A DNA stretch of 64,000 nucleotides from an uncultured Planctomycetaceae bacterium (lineage in GTDB: Bacteria > Planctomycetota > Planctomycetia > Isosphaerales > Isosphaeraceae). Shown piece after piece: positions 42,050 through 52,913 of the stretch (the first letter of the stretch is position 1; every line of letters begins with the position of its first letter). A program made the translations under genes and the position numbers. The notes below the pieces were generated by a model that searched no databases, was not told where the DNA came from, and was given only the letters and a program-made list of their open reading frames with translations. Location: contig CAWIAD010000002.1 in NCBI GenBank assembly GCA_963833985.1, positions 160,001 through 224,000 on the forward strand, read 5' to 3'.

Positions 42050-42130
42050 GGTCGGGCTGACGTTCGAGGTTGGCGGCTGCGCCCGTGAAAACCACGTGCT
42101 GACGCACGTGGCCATCCACCCCCGACTCCA
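42050..42130. repeat. Solo inverted copy of the RAYT 3'-flank element
   Basis: GTCGGGCTGACGTTCGAGGTTGGCGGCTGCGCCCGTGAAAACCACGTGCTGACGCACGTGG aligns with the reverse complement of 34124-34190. Confidence 0.7.
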
Positions 42131-42252
42131 GGCGCTCGCGCATGTGGGTATCCACCGTCCAGACGCTTGTGCGAAGATACGACTGACTCGACGCTGGTCG
42201 GCGCCCGGAGTTCCGCACCGGGGCCGATCCGTCCTGGACGACGTCGTGCCCG

Positions 42253-45200
42253 ATGGAGTTCCCCATGTCCCCGGACACCAACCGATGCCCGACTTGCGGC
42301 GCCCTGCGACCCGCGGACGCCCCGGAGGGCCTTTGCCACGCCTGCCTGACACTCCAGACTCTGGGTCATGACGCTTCCGTGCCGGCCGGAGCCGCCACCA
42401 CAGCGGGTGCGGACGCCACTGGCTCCGGTGACTCGCCCGAGCCCGAGCCGGTGCATCCCGAGGCGATCCACGAACAGACTCTCACGTCAGCCACGAGGAT
42501 CGTACCGTCCCCGGCCGAAGCCACAAGTGCCGGGCCAACTGACCACAACCAGGCGACCCACACTCCCGACGGCGACGGGGCGACAAACGACCTGCCGCGC
42601 GGCGCCACGGTGCGTTATTTCGGCGACTACGAGGTCCAGACGCTGCTGGGACGCGGGGGCATGGGCGTTGTGTACAGGGCCCGCCAGGTCAGCCTCAATC
42701 GGCCCGTCGCCCTGAAGATGATCAAAGCTGGCGTCCTGGCCGACGACGCCGAACTGCGCCGGTTCCAGAACGAGGCCGAGGCGGTCGCGCTGCTCGATCA
42801 CGCGGGCATCGTTCCGGTGTACGAGGTCGGCGAATACGACGGCCAGCGCTACTTCAGCATGAAGCTCATCGAGGGCGGCAACGTCGCCGAGAAGCTCGAC
42901 GCGTTCGCGGACGATCCCCGGGCGGCGGCGATCCTGCTGGCCGAGGCGGCGGAGGCGGTCCACCACGCCGCACATGCGCGGCATCCTTCACCGCGACCTG
43001 AAGCCGGCGAACATCCTGATCGACGCCCAAGGCCACCCGCACGTCACCGACTTCGGCCTGGCCAAGCGGGTCCAGGCGGATCTGGAGATGACCGCCAGTG
43101 GGGCGATCCTCGGCACGCCAGCCTACATGAGCCCCGAACAGGCAGCCGGACATCGCGGCACGATCACAACGGCGACCGACGTTTACGGCCTGGGCACAAT
43201 TCTCTATGCCCTGTTGACCGGGCAGGCTCCGTTCGGCGGCGATGGCGTGATCGAGACGCTCGATTTGGTACGCTCGCGGCCGCCGGAGCCGCCAAGGCGG
43301 ATCAACGCCCGTACCCCGCGTGATCTGGAGACGATCTGCCTGAAGTGTCTGGAGAAGGACCCGCGGCGCCGCTATGCCTCGGCGCAGGCGCTGGCCGACG
43401 ACCTGCACGCCTGGCTCGAGAGCCGGCCGATCACCGCCCGGCCCGTTCCATCGATCGAGCGCGCCGTACTCTGGTGCCGGCGGCGTCCGGCGATTGCGGC
43501 GCTGGCCGCCACGGTGGTGCTGGCGGTCCTCACCGGCACGGCGTCAGTCATCCTCGTGCAGGCCCGGGCCAACCAGGAGCTGGAGGCCAAGAACCGCGAG
43601 CTGGCCCGGGCGAACGCCGAGCTGGCCGAGGAGAAGGGCCGCGTGCAGCGCCGGTTCGAGCTGGCGCAGGAGGCGATCCGGACCTTCCACACCGGCGTCA
43701 GCGAGGACGTCCTGCTCCGCGAGAAGCAGTTTGACGCGCTACGGACCAAGCTGTTGCAGGGCGCCCGCGAGTTTTACCGCAAGCTCGAGGGCCTGCTCCA
43801 GGGGCAGCCCGACCGCGCCTCGCGCAAGGCGATGGGGAAGACCTACCTCGAGCTGTCGCTCCTCGCCGGCAAGATCGAGGGCCTCGACACGTCGACCCGG
43901 ATCGCCCGCGATGCCCTGGCGGTGTTCGAGTCGCTGTACCGCGAGGACCCGACGGACCACGAGGCGCGCCGCGAGCTGGGCCTGGCATGGAACTTTTTCG
44001 CCGTCCGGCGGTACTCGCAGAACGGAGGCCTTCCCGAAGCGATGGAGGCGTTCCGGCACGCCTACGAGATCCTGGACCCGCTGGCCCAGGGCGAACCGCC
44101 CGATGTCGAGGCGCGGTTGGAGCTGGCTTCGGCCTGCAACCTTCTGAGCTTCTTGGTGAGCGGCCTGGGAGGACGCGAAAGTCGCAACGAGGTGATCGCA
44201 CTTCAAGACCGCGCCGGACGCTCGTGGAAGGCCTCGCCCGGCTCGAAACCCTCGACGAAACGCTTCGGTTTCGCGTGGCGACGTTCTCGGACATCCAGGC
44301 CTTGGTCCTGGGGGGGAGCTCGAGCGGCAAGACGAGGCCAACGAAGCGTTCGCCCGCGCCCGCGCGATCCTTGACGACCTGGTCCGTGCCCATCCAACCA
44401 ACTCGGAATATGCGTCCGCACTGACTCGGGCCTACGGCAACTCCATGGTCAGCATCGACGAGCGAGACGGCCGCCGCGATGCGGATCGCCTCGCACTGGG
44501 CCGGCGGGTCCGGGAGGTCTGCGATGAAATGGCCGTGCAATACCCGACCATCACCGCCTTTCGAGGCAACAAAGCCTGGATTGATCTCATGATGGCGACG
44601 ACCCTGATCGAGATCGACCGGGATGCCGAGGCCCTGCCGTTGCTCGAGGAAGCCCGGTCGATCCGGGCGGACATGACCCGGGCGGACCCGAACGACACCC
44701 GTTACCATGAGCAGCTCGCGGCAACTCTGCTCGACCTCCGCGCCCTGCACGCCCGCGCGGGGCGGTTCGCCGAGGCGCGGGCGGCGCGAGTCGAGGCGGT
44801 GGCGATCCTGGCTCGCGTCGCACGGTGGAATCACGAGGATGCCACGCTCCTCGACGACCAGGCGAGCAACCTCACCGACTGCTCGGACCTGATCCTCCGC
44901 AGCGCTCGGACCGCCGACCCCGCCCTCATGGCCGAGGAGGCGGGCGCCGGTTACCGCGAGGCCGTCGCGATCCGCGAGCGGCTCGTCGTCGCGCACCCGA
45001 AGGCCCTGCGCTTCCGCAATCATCTGGCCTATAAGTTTGCGCCGGCTGGCGCTGGTCGAGCGCGACCTCGGCGACGTCGCCGGTGCGGTTGCAAGGACGA
45101 CCCGGGCCACTCTACTCTTTGAAGGGCTGCCGCCGGAGGAGGCCCGAAGCTGGACTGCGTTCGAGCTAGCCTGCTGTCGCGCCGCGCTGGCTGGCCTGGT

Positions 45201-45399
45201 CGGTCCGGGGTCCTCGCTCGGCGAAGCCCCCGCGCTGGCCGACCGCGCCATGCAACTCCTGCGCGATGCCTACGCACTCGGCTACCGCAATCTGGTCGCC
45301 TACCGCAGCGACCCCGGCCTCGACCCGCTCCGCGACCGCCCCGACTTCCGGCTACTCATGCTCGATCTGGCTTTCCCGGCCCAGCCATTCGCGCGGTGA
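42253..45399 (+). CDS. Serine/threonine protein kinase with TPR C-terminus; four frameshifts (~42970, ~44215, ~44312, ~45035); pseudogene or sequencing errors
   Basis: GRGGMG/VALK are in the first ORF and HRDLKPAN/DFG/YMSPEQ in the next. The terminal GYRN..DPGLDPLRDRPDF..DLAFPAQPFAR is in the last ORF. Confidence 0.85.
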
Positions 45400-45601
45400 C
45401 CGCGAGCCGGTGCGAACGGTTCCCCTGGAAGAAAAGAAGGTCGGACATTGCCGTCTCCCTCCGCGGGCGCTGGCCGCCTGGCTTGACTCCGGCGCGTTCG
45501 CGTCCTACGAGACCTGTATCCGTTCCTCGGGATCAAGCCCTCCACGGCGGTCGCCACCTGTCTTCCGGCTGACGCGGGCCGAACCAGGCCGTGAGGTCAC
45601 G

Positions 45602-47488
45602 TTGTCAATTATCAGCCGCCTCGCGTGGAGTCCAGGACTTGCCGGTCGGGCCGGCACGGATGGTTCCAGCACGCCCGACAAGCGGGACGAGCGGTTGCCT
45701 TACGACCTGACAATTCGCCTCGCTCTGCTGGCATTCACCGCGCTCTTGCCGACGATCGCCATCAAGTTTGTCGGCGGGGACGACAGTGTCAACTTCCTCG
45801 AGAATCAGGAATTCCGCGGACTGGGCTGGGAACAGCTCAGGTGGGCCTGGGGAAGCACGCTCGTCGGTGTTTACCAGCCGGTCGCCTGGATGCTGCTTGA
45901 GGCTCAGTATGCACTCTGGGGGCTGAACCCCCGGGGTTATCATGTCGTGAGCCTTACACTCCACGCCCTGGATACCGTGGTGCTGTTCACGCTCACGGTC
46001 ACGCTCATCCAGCGGTGCCGGCCCGACCTCTGCGCCGCGGAGCGACGCCTCATGTACCAGACGACTGCCATCGCCGTGGCACTCTACTCGGTCCACCCAT
46101 GGCGGGCTGAGGTCACATCGTGGGCCTCATGCCAGCCGTACTTGCCCTGCGCACTGTTCTCGATGCTTTCGGTGCTGGCCTACTTGCACGCCCAGGACGG
46201 AGCCCGGTCGCGCCGGTCGTCGTGGGCGTGGGTCGGAGTGTCGTTCGTACTTTACATCACGGCGGTCATGTGCAAGGCGCCGGCGGTCTGTCTGCCGGCG
46301 ATCCTGCTGATTCTCGACGTTTACCCGCTCCGCCGGCTTGGCGGCCGGTCAAACCTGAGAGCTGGCTGGTTAAGCCGTGAGGCGATCGCCGTCTGGGCGG
46401 AGAAGGTTCCGTTCGCGGCGGTGGCGCTGACGATGATGATCGTCGCCGTCGTCGCCCGGGAGTCGCTGTCGGCGAGCATTGTGCATCCTTTGAGTTTCCG
46501 GATCGCACAGGCGTGTTACGCCGCTGTCTTGTACCTGTTCAAGACGATTGTACCGGTGGGGATCACCGCGTTTTACCCGTTCCCCACCCATCCCTCGTGG
46601 ACGCAACCCCGGTTCGTCTTGAGCATCGCTTTCGTCGCGGTCGCGAGCATCGCCCTGTTCCGGCTCAGGCACCGCCTGCCGGGACTACTGGCGGCCTGGG
46701 CGGCTTACCTGGTGATCCTGGCCCCGACGTCGGGGCTCGTGCCGATGGGGCGGGCGATGGTGGCCGATCGGTACACGTACCTCGCAATGATGGTCTGGGT
46801 TGCTCCGACTGCCGCCGGTCTGACTCTGCTGATCCGCCGGGCCGATCGAGCCTGGAGGGTCGTCAGCTTTGCGGCAGCGGTTCCTGTCGTACTGGGGCTA
46901 TCGGTGGCGAGCTGGTTTCAGTGCGCAACCTGGTCGAGCGCTGAGGCAATATGGACCAACGCGCTGGAGCACGGAGGTCAGGACTCTTCCGATGTCCACA
47001 ACGGTCTGGCGCTGGCCTACGCCCAGTCTGGGATGTTCTCGGACGCGGAAGTCCATTTCAAGAAAGCCGTTGCGATCAACCCGGACCAGGCTTCGGTTCA
47101 GAACAACCTGGGGCTGTTGCTGTGCGACCTGGGGAAGCTGAACGAGGCGGTCCCGCATCTGCTCGAGGCGATTCGCCTGAAACCGAACTTTGCCCCTGCA
47201 TACAACAATCTGGGGATCGTCTTCTCCCGCAAGGGCAAATCGAAGGACTCGGAATTCTTCTACCGTACGGCCCTCGTCATGAAGCCGAGGAGTCCCGAAT
47301 TCCGCGGCAACCTGGGGGTCGCGTTGCTGGACCAGGGACGGTTCGCCGAGGCTGCAATCGAGTTCCAGGCCGCCCTGAAGCTAAGGCCCCAGGACAAGAG
47401 GGCCCAGAGCGGTTTGCAAAGAGCCCGCGCCGGCACGGACGACAGCCATATCGCTCCAAACGCTTCCCACAAGCCAACGGCCCTCTGA
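45602..47488 (+). CDS. TMTC-like membrane glycosyltransferase (GT-C fold) with TPR repeats
   Basis: Motifs DD..N, YQPVAW, GYHVVSLTLH, VHPWRAEVTSW, ADRYTY, and C-terminal TPRs (NNLG). Start uncertain. Confidence 0.8.
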   Translation: MSIISRLAWSPGLAGRAGTDGSSTPDKRDERLPYDLTIRLALLAFTALLPTIAIKFVGGDDSVNFLENQEFRGLGWEQLRWAWGSTLVGVYQPVAWMLLEAQYALWGLNPRGYHVVSLTLHALDTVVLFTLTVTLIQRCRPDLCAAERRLMYQTTAIAVALYSVHPWRAEVTSWASCQPYLPCALFSMLSVLAYLHAQDGARSRRSSWAWVGVSFVLYITAVMCKAPAVCLPAILLILDVYPLRRLGGRSNLRAGWLSREAIAVWAEKVPFAAVALTMMIVAVVARESLSASIVHPLSFRIAQACYAAVLYLFKTIVPVGITAFYPFPTHPSWTQPRFVLSIAFVAVASIALFRLRHRLPGLLAAWAAYLVILAPTSGLVPMGRAMVADRYTYLAMMVWVAPTAAGLTLLIRRADRAWRVVSFAAAVPVVLGLSVASWFQCATWSSAEAIWTNALEHGGQDSSDVHNGLALAYAQSGMFSDAEVHFKKAVAINPDQASVQNNLGLLLCDLGKLNEAVPHLLEAIRLKPNFAPAYNNLGIVFSRKGKSKDSEFFYRTALVMKPRSPEFRGNLGVALLDQGRFAEAAIEFQAALKLRPQDKRAQSGLQRARAGTDDSHIAPNASHKPTAL

Positions 47489-47591
47489 GTCCACCAAGAA
47501 CAGACGCGCCCAGCGGCCGAAGTTGCATTCCCTTCCCGCGCGGTCATAATGAATCAGGCCCATATCGCTTGCGCCTGGAAGGTCTGGTCCC

Positions 47592-48248
47592 ATGGATTTC
47601 GCACCCCGCACGCCGCCGATCTTTGACCCGCCGATCCGGCTGGCGGTGTGTGTTTCGGGCGGTGGCACGACGCTTCAAAACCTGATCGACCTGATCCGGG
47701 CCCGGCGGCTGAACGCACAGATCGTTCAGGTCGTGGCCAGCCGGCCGCGGATCGGAGCCATCGCCCGGGCCGAGGCGGTGAGCATCCCGCTCTCGCTGGC
47801 CAGCCAGACGGCCCATTCCTCGGCCGAGTTCAGTGCATCGGTCTTCGACCCCATCCGCCACAGCCGGGCCGACCTGGTGGTCCTGGGCGGCTTCCTGGCG
47901 CTGGTCAAGATCCCGCGCGACTACAAGGGGCGGGTGATCAACGTCCATCCCTCGCTCATCCCCGCGTTCTGCGGCAAGGGCTACTACGGCGCGAAGGTCC
48001 ACCAGGCGGTGATCGAATCGGGAGCCAGGGTGAGCGGCTGCACCGTGCACTTCGCCGACGAGGTCTATGACAGCGGCCCGATCATCTCGCAACGCACCGT
48101 CCCGGTGCACGACGACGACACGACCGAATCGCTGGCAGCCCGCGTTTTCGTCGAGGAGTGCAAGGCCCTCCCCGAGGCCATCGAGCACTACGCCGCGGGC
48201 CGGCTACGGGTCGAGGGACGCCGGGTTTTCGTGCTGCCGCCCGTGTGA
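47592..48248 (+). CDS. purN: Phosphoribosylglycinamide formyltransferase
   Basis: Motifs VSGGGTTLQNL, INVHPSLIPAFCGKG, SGCTVHF, YDSGPII. Confidence 0.95.
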   Translation: MDFAPRTPPIFDPPIRLAVCVSGGGTTLQNLIDLIRARRLNAQIVQVVASRPRIGAIARAEAVSIPLSLASQTAHSSAEFSASVFDPIRHSRADLVVLGGFLALVKIPRDYKGRVINVHPSLIPAFCGKGYYGAKVHQAVIESGARVSGCTVHFADEVYDSGPIISQRTVPVHDDDTTESLAARVFVEECKALPEAIEHYAAGRLRVEGRRVFVLPPV

Positions 48249-48312
48249 ACGGCTGGCATCGCATGAGAGGCGGATCGGGGCGTTCCTCAACCCCGAGGAC
48301 CGGCCATGTTGC

Positions 48313-49005
48313 TTAAAACATGAGATCAGCCAGCCCGCTGAGCCCCACCGGTTCGCGGCTGGCGAACGGCTCGGCGTGGCGTACGCCGGCCAGGTGGCCC
48401 CAGAACCGCGTCCGATCATGGACGGACTCGATCACGCCCGGCTTTCCCTCCGGCTGGTTGTCCACGAGCTGCGAACGGTAGCAGCGCAGCGCCTGGTCCT
48501 TGGCCGCAAGCTGGTCCGAGATGTCGACCACGAAACTGGGCCGCTCGACGATCCGCAGGTGCACGCTGAAGTAATAGAGGATCCGCGCCGGATGGAAGGG
48601 TTCGCCCGGAATGTCCGACTTCGAGAGCTTGCTCCAGAACCGGGCGTCCTCCACCAGCTTGGTCCCCGCCGTGTGGTCGGGGTGAGCATCTTCCCAGTAC
48701 GGCGCGAAGAGCAGGCGCAGGCGCGCCTGGCGGAACACGGCCGCCAGGGTGCGGCGGTGCAGCAGGGTGGGCTCCAGGCTGCGGTTAGGCAATCCCAGGT
48801 TTTGCCTCCAGGGGTTGCCCAGCGCCTGGTTGGCCGCGGCAGTCTCGGCAGCTCGCCGCTCGGGTGATCCAAGCGGGGTTGGCTCGCCGCTGGTCAGGTC
48901 GAGAATCCCGATCTTCCATCCCTGCCCGATCAGTCGGACAATGGTCCCTCCCATGCCCAGCTCGGCATCGTCCGGATGAGGCGCTACCACCAGGGCGTCA
49001 AGCAT
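48313..49005 (-). CDS. bshB1: PIG-L family deacetylase, BshB1-like
   Basis: Motifs APHPDDAELGMGG, DLTSGE, HPDH, AEPF. Confidence 0.8.
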   Translation of the reverse strand: MLDALVVAPHPDDAELGMGGTIVRLIGQGWKIGILDLTSGEPTPLGSPERRAAETAAANQALGNPWRQNLGLPNRSLEPTLLHRRTLAAVFRQARLRLLFAPYWEDAHPDHTAGTKLVEDARFWSKLSKSDIPGEPFHPARILYYFSVHLRIVERPSFVVDISDQLAAKDQALRCYRSQLVDNQPEGKPGVIESVHDRTRFWGHLAGVRHAEPFASREPVGLSGLADLMF

Positions 49006-49117
49006 GCGCTGCGCTCGTTTCTGGTAAGATCGCTCGGGTTCACGAGCCCTGAATTATGAAATGCCCGAACAGCGTTGGCAACCGGACCGACCAGGGCCGA
49101 AGGGAGAGGTGGGTGGC

Positions 49118-50205
49118 ATGACCGCGGGCGAGACTTCCCAGGACGGGGCTGCTCCGGCCGCGGCCGATCGCCAGCTCGCCTACTCGTGCACCGACAACTT
49201 CGTCGAGATCCTCGACCGGATCGGCGGGTCCTTGCTCGTCTCGACCTACCAGGCGGGCCGGGTGATCGTCGTGGGACGAAGCAAGGAGGGCCTCACGCTT
49301 TCCCTGCACAGCTTCGACCAGGCCATGGGCCTGGCCGTCGCCGCCGACCGGATCGCCGTTGGCTCGGCCTCGCAGATCTGGCTCTTGCAGGGTCAACCGG
49401 CGCTTGCCGGCAGGCTCGAGCCCCTCGGCCAGCACGATGGCTGCTTCGTCACCCGGGTCTCGCACGTGACCGGTGAAATCCGGGTGCATGAGCTGGCCTG
49501 GGGCGGACGCGAGCTCTGGTTCGTGAACACGCTCTTCTCGTGCCTCTGCGTGCTCGACCCGGCTCACAGCTTCCTGCCGCGCTGGCGTCCGGCGTTCATC
49601 AGCCGCACGGCCGCCGAGGATCGCTGCCATCTGAACGGACTGGCCATGGACAACGGTGTGCCGCGGTACGCCACGGCGCTGGGCGAGACCGACACCCCCG
49701 AGGGCTGGCGGGAAAAGAAGTCCGGCGGCGGCTGCCTGATCGACGTGACGGCCAATGCAACCGTGGCACGTGGTTTTGCCCTGCCGCACTCACCGCGCGT
49801 CCACCAGGGAACCATCTGGCTGCTCGATTCCGGTCGGGGCCGGCTGGTGACGGTTGACCTGCGCACCGGCAAGCACGAAAACGTCGCCGAGCTACCCGGC
49901 TATCCTCGTGGGCTGGCCTTCGCTGGGCCGTACGCCCTGGTTGGCCTGTCACGCACGCGCCCGGGCGCGGGTTCGATGGGATGCCGCTGGCGGATCGCCG
50001 TGACGCGCTCACGGCCGGGGTGGCCGTCGTGGAGCTGGCCAGCGGTCGCACGATCGGCTTGCTGGAATTCACCGCGGGCGTGCACGAGACCTTCGACGTC
50101 CAGATCTTGCCAGGCATGCGCCTCCCGGCCATCTGCGGCCCGTTCCCCTCCCGCGACGCCACGCAGCCGATCTGGATTGTGCCTGAGGCATGGCTGCCGC
50201 GTTAG
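49118..50205 (+). CDS. TIGR03032 (DUF4915) family protein; frameshift near 49968
   Basis: Motifs STYQAG, VNTLFSCL, AEDRCHLNGLA, PHSPR, PGYPRGL. The C-terminus (GVHETFDVQILPG) is in the next frame. Confidence 0.85.
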
Positions 50206-50348
50206 CGCCCGAACTCGATGGCGGGCGATCCGCCACGCGATGAGGCAGTGTCCCAAACTCCATGAAATCCTCATTGGACATGGACGCTCCCTTCTTTCAC
50301 GATGAACTCTTTCTTTGAGGATTCTCCACGAGCTCCTGGAATGAAACC

Positions 50349-52859
50349 ATGCTGAAACGAACCGGCCTGATCGCACTCGTGACCGTATTCCTTACGCCGC
50401 TGGGTGCCTTGAACGCCCAGGAGCCGCCCCGGTACGCCGGCGCCACGAAGGCCGGCTTCTTGCTGCCCAACGGCTGGACGGTCTCGCCGGCGGGTGCCCA
50501 GGTTCCGGTCGCCGACCTGCCGCTCAATATCCTCCCCTCGCCAGATGGCCGCCACGCCCTCATCGCCACCAGCGGCTACAACGCGCACGAGCTGTCGCTG
50601 GTCGACCTGGAGCGGAAGGCAGTCGTCGATCACCAGACCGTGCACGAGAGCTGGTTCGGGCTGGCGGCCACCCGCACATTCGACCGGGTCTGGTGGTCGG
50701 GCGGGGGCACGAATTCCATTCACGCCTTCCAGCTCGACGGGCCGAAGCTGGCGCGCCAGGGCGCGGAGGCCCCGAGCGAGGGCAGGTCAGGCGCCCAGCG
50801 GGGCAAGAGCCACTTCCAGAGCGGCCTGACCTTCGACGCCAGGCGCAACAGGCTGTACGCGCTGGATATCGATTTCGGAACCATCAAGGCACTGGATCCC
50901 ACCACCGGGCAGGAGATCCTCTCGGCACAGATCGGCGGCCGGCCTTATGATGTGGCCCTAGACCGCGACGGTCACCTGCTCCATGTCTCCGACTGGGCCG
51001 GCCGCGCCGTCGCTGTGGTGGACCCGGCCGACCTGCACACCACGGCGCGGATCGCCGTCGGCGAGCATCCCAATCAACTTGCCCTGCATCCCCAGGATCA
51101 CCGGCTGTTCGTGGCCTGTGCGTCAAGCAACCTGGTGAGCGTGATCGACACGCGCCGGGGCATCGTCACGGAGACGATCCACACCGCACTCTTCCCCCGC
51201 GCTCCGGAGGGCTCGACGCCCGACGCTCTGGCCATCGCGCCCGACGGCAAGACGCTGTACGTCGCCAACGCCGACAACAACTGCGTGGCCGTCATCGACA
51301 TCGCCACTCCGCAGCACAGCGCCGTCAAGGGCTTCATCCCCACCGGCTGGTACCCCACGGCCGTCGCGGTCTCGGCCAACGGTAAGAACCTGCTGGTCGG
51401 CGTCGGCAAGGGGAACCAGACGAAGCCCAACCCCATCAGTACGGATCCGGCCAATCACAAGTCGCAGGGCGATCCCGACGCCCGGCGGAGGACTCTGCCC
51501 TTCCCGTACATCGGCAGCACGCTCTCCGGAGCGCTTTCCATCGTGCCCGTACCTGACGACAAAACCCTGGCCGGCTACACCGAGACGGTCTACAGGAACT
51601 GCCCCTATTCCGACAAGCTGCTCTCCGAGAGCCCTTACCCCGAGAAGACCGCCATCCCCACGCGTGTGGGCGACCCATCGCCAATCAAGCATATTCTCTA
51701 CATCATCAAGGAGAACCGGACCTACGACCAGGTGCTCGGCGACCTGACGCGGGGCAACGGCGACCCCGCGCTCGTGATGTTCGGCCGCGACGTCACGCCC
51801 AACCACCACAGGCTGGCCGAGGAGTTCGTGCTGCTGGACAACCTCTATTGCAACGGGCACGTCTCGGCCGACGGCCATCCCTGGTCGACCATGGCCTACA
51901 ACACGGACTACATCGCCCGCAACTGGGCGCTCACGTACTCCTCGCGGGCGGGCGTGGACGATGACGAGCACGGGGACCTCTCGAACGCTCCTTCGGGCTA
52001 CCTCTGGGATGCCTGCGCCCACGCAGGGCTATCGTACCGCAGCTATGGCGAGTACGGCCGGCGGGTGAGCCAGCCCGACGGCACCTTGCGCGTGGAGGGC
52101 TCGGTTCCCGGCCTGGTCGGCCACATGTGCCCGACCTACGGCATCTCCCGGACGCCGGGCCGGCGCAGCCGCGACACCGACAACGCCGAGACGTTCATCA
52201 AGGAGTTCCAGGACTTCGAGAAGAGTGGCGCCGTGCCGCGGTTCATGGTGATGAGCCTGGGAGAGGACCACACCACCGGAACCCGTCCCGGCACGTTCAC
52301 ACCGCAGGCGTGCGTGGCCAGCAACGACGTCGCCCTGGGGCGGATCGTCGAGGCCGTGACGCACAGCAAGCTGTGGCCCGAGACGGCGATCTTCGTGATC
52401 GAGGACGACGCACAGAACGGCCCGGACCACGTCGATGCCCACCGCACCGTGGGCCTGGTGATCAGCCCCTACACGAAGCGCAAGCACCTGGACAGCACGC
52501 AGTACACCACCGTGAGCATGATCCACACCATGGAGCTGATCCTTGGTCTCTCCCCTCTCAGCCAGTACGACGCCGCGGCGCGGCCGATGTTCGCGTGCTT
52601 CACCGACCGGCCTGATCTGACGGCCTACGTTTCTGAGCCGGCCCGGATCGACCTGGAAGCCGTCAACACCCCGCTGGCCTACGGCGCCGAGCGGTCGATG
52701 AAGATGGACTTCGACGAGTACGACCGAGTCGACGACTTCGCGCTCAACGAGATCCTCTGGCGGGCCATCAAGGGGAAGGACGCGCCCGTGCCTCCCGCCG
52801 TCCGCCGGGCCATCGCGTACCGATCGCTGCCAACCGCGGGAAGCGATCGAATGCGATGA
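50349..52859 (+). CDS. Secreted YncE-type beta-propeller / phosphoesterase (alkaline phosphatase superfamily) protein
   Basis: Signal peptide, LYVANADNN, GFIPTGWYP, IIKENRTYDQVLGD, EDDAQNGPDHVDAHR. Confidence 0.88.
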   Translation: MLKRTGLIALVTVFLTPLGALNAQEPPRYAGATKAGFLLPNGWTVSPAGAQVPVADLPLNILPSPDGRHALIATSGYNAHELSLVDLERKAVVDHQTVHESWFGLAATRTFDRVWWSGGGTNSIHAFQLDGPKLARQGAEAPSEGRSGAQRGKSHFQSGLTFDARRNRLYALDIDFGTIKALDPTTGQEILSAQIGGRPYDVALDRDGHLLHVSDWAGRAVAVVDPADLHTTARIAVGEHPNQLALHPQDHRLFVACASSNLVSVIDTRRGIVTETIHTALFPRAPEGSTPDALAIAPDGKTLYVANADNNCVAVIDIATPQHSAVKGFIPTGWYPTAVAVSANGKNLLVGVGKGNQTKPNPISTDPANHKSQGDPDARRRTLPFPYIGSTLSGALSIVPVPDDKTLAGYTETVYRNCPYSDKLLSESPYPEKTAIPTRVGDPSPIKHILYIIKENRTYDQVLGDLTRGNGDPALVMFGRDVTPNHHRLAEEFVLLDNLYCNGHVSADGHPWSTMAYNTDYIARNWALTYSSRAGVDDDEHGDLSNAPSGYLWDACAHAGLSYRSYGEYGRRVSQPDGTLRVEGSVPGLVGHMCPTYGISRTPGRRSRDTDNAETFIKEFQDFEKSGAVPRFMVMSLGEDHTTGTRPGTFTPQACVASNDVALGRIVEAVTHSKLWPETAIFVIEDDAQNGPDHVDAHRTVGLVISPYTKRKHLDSTQYTTVSMIHTMELILGLSPLSQYDAAARPMFACFTDRPDLTAYVSEPARIDLEAVNTPLAYGAERSMKMDFDEYDRVDDFALNEILWRAIKGKDAPVPPAVRRAIAYRSLPTAGSDRMR

Positions 52860-52913
52860 GCCGCCCAGCGCGCATCATCAGCCGCTTCTGGATCCGAAGG
52901 AGTCTCGCCCCCT

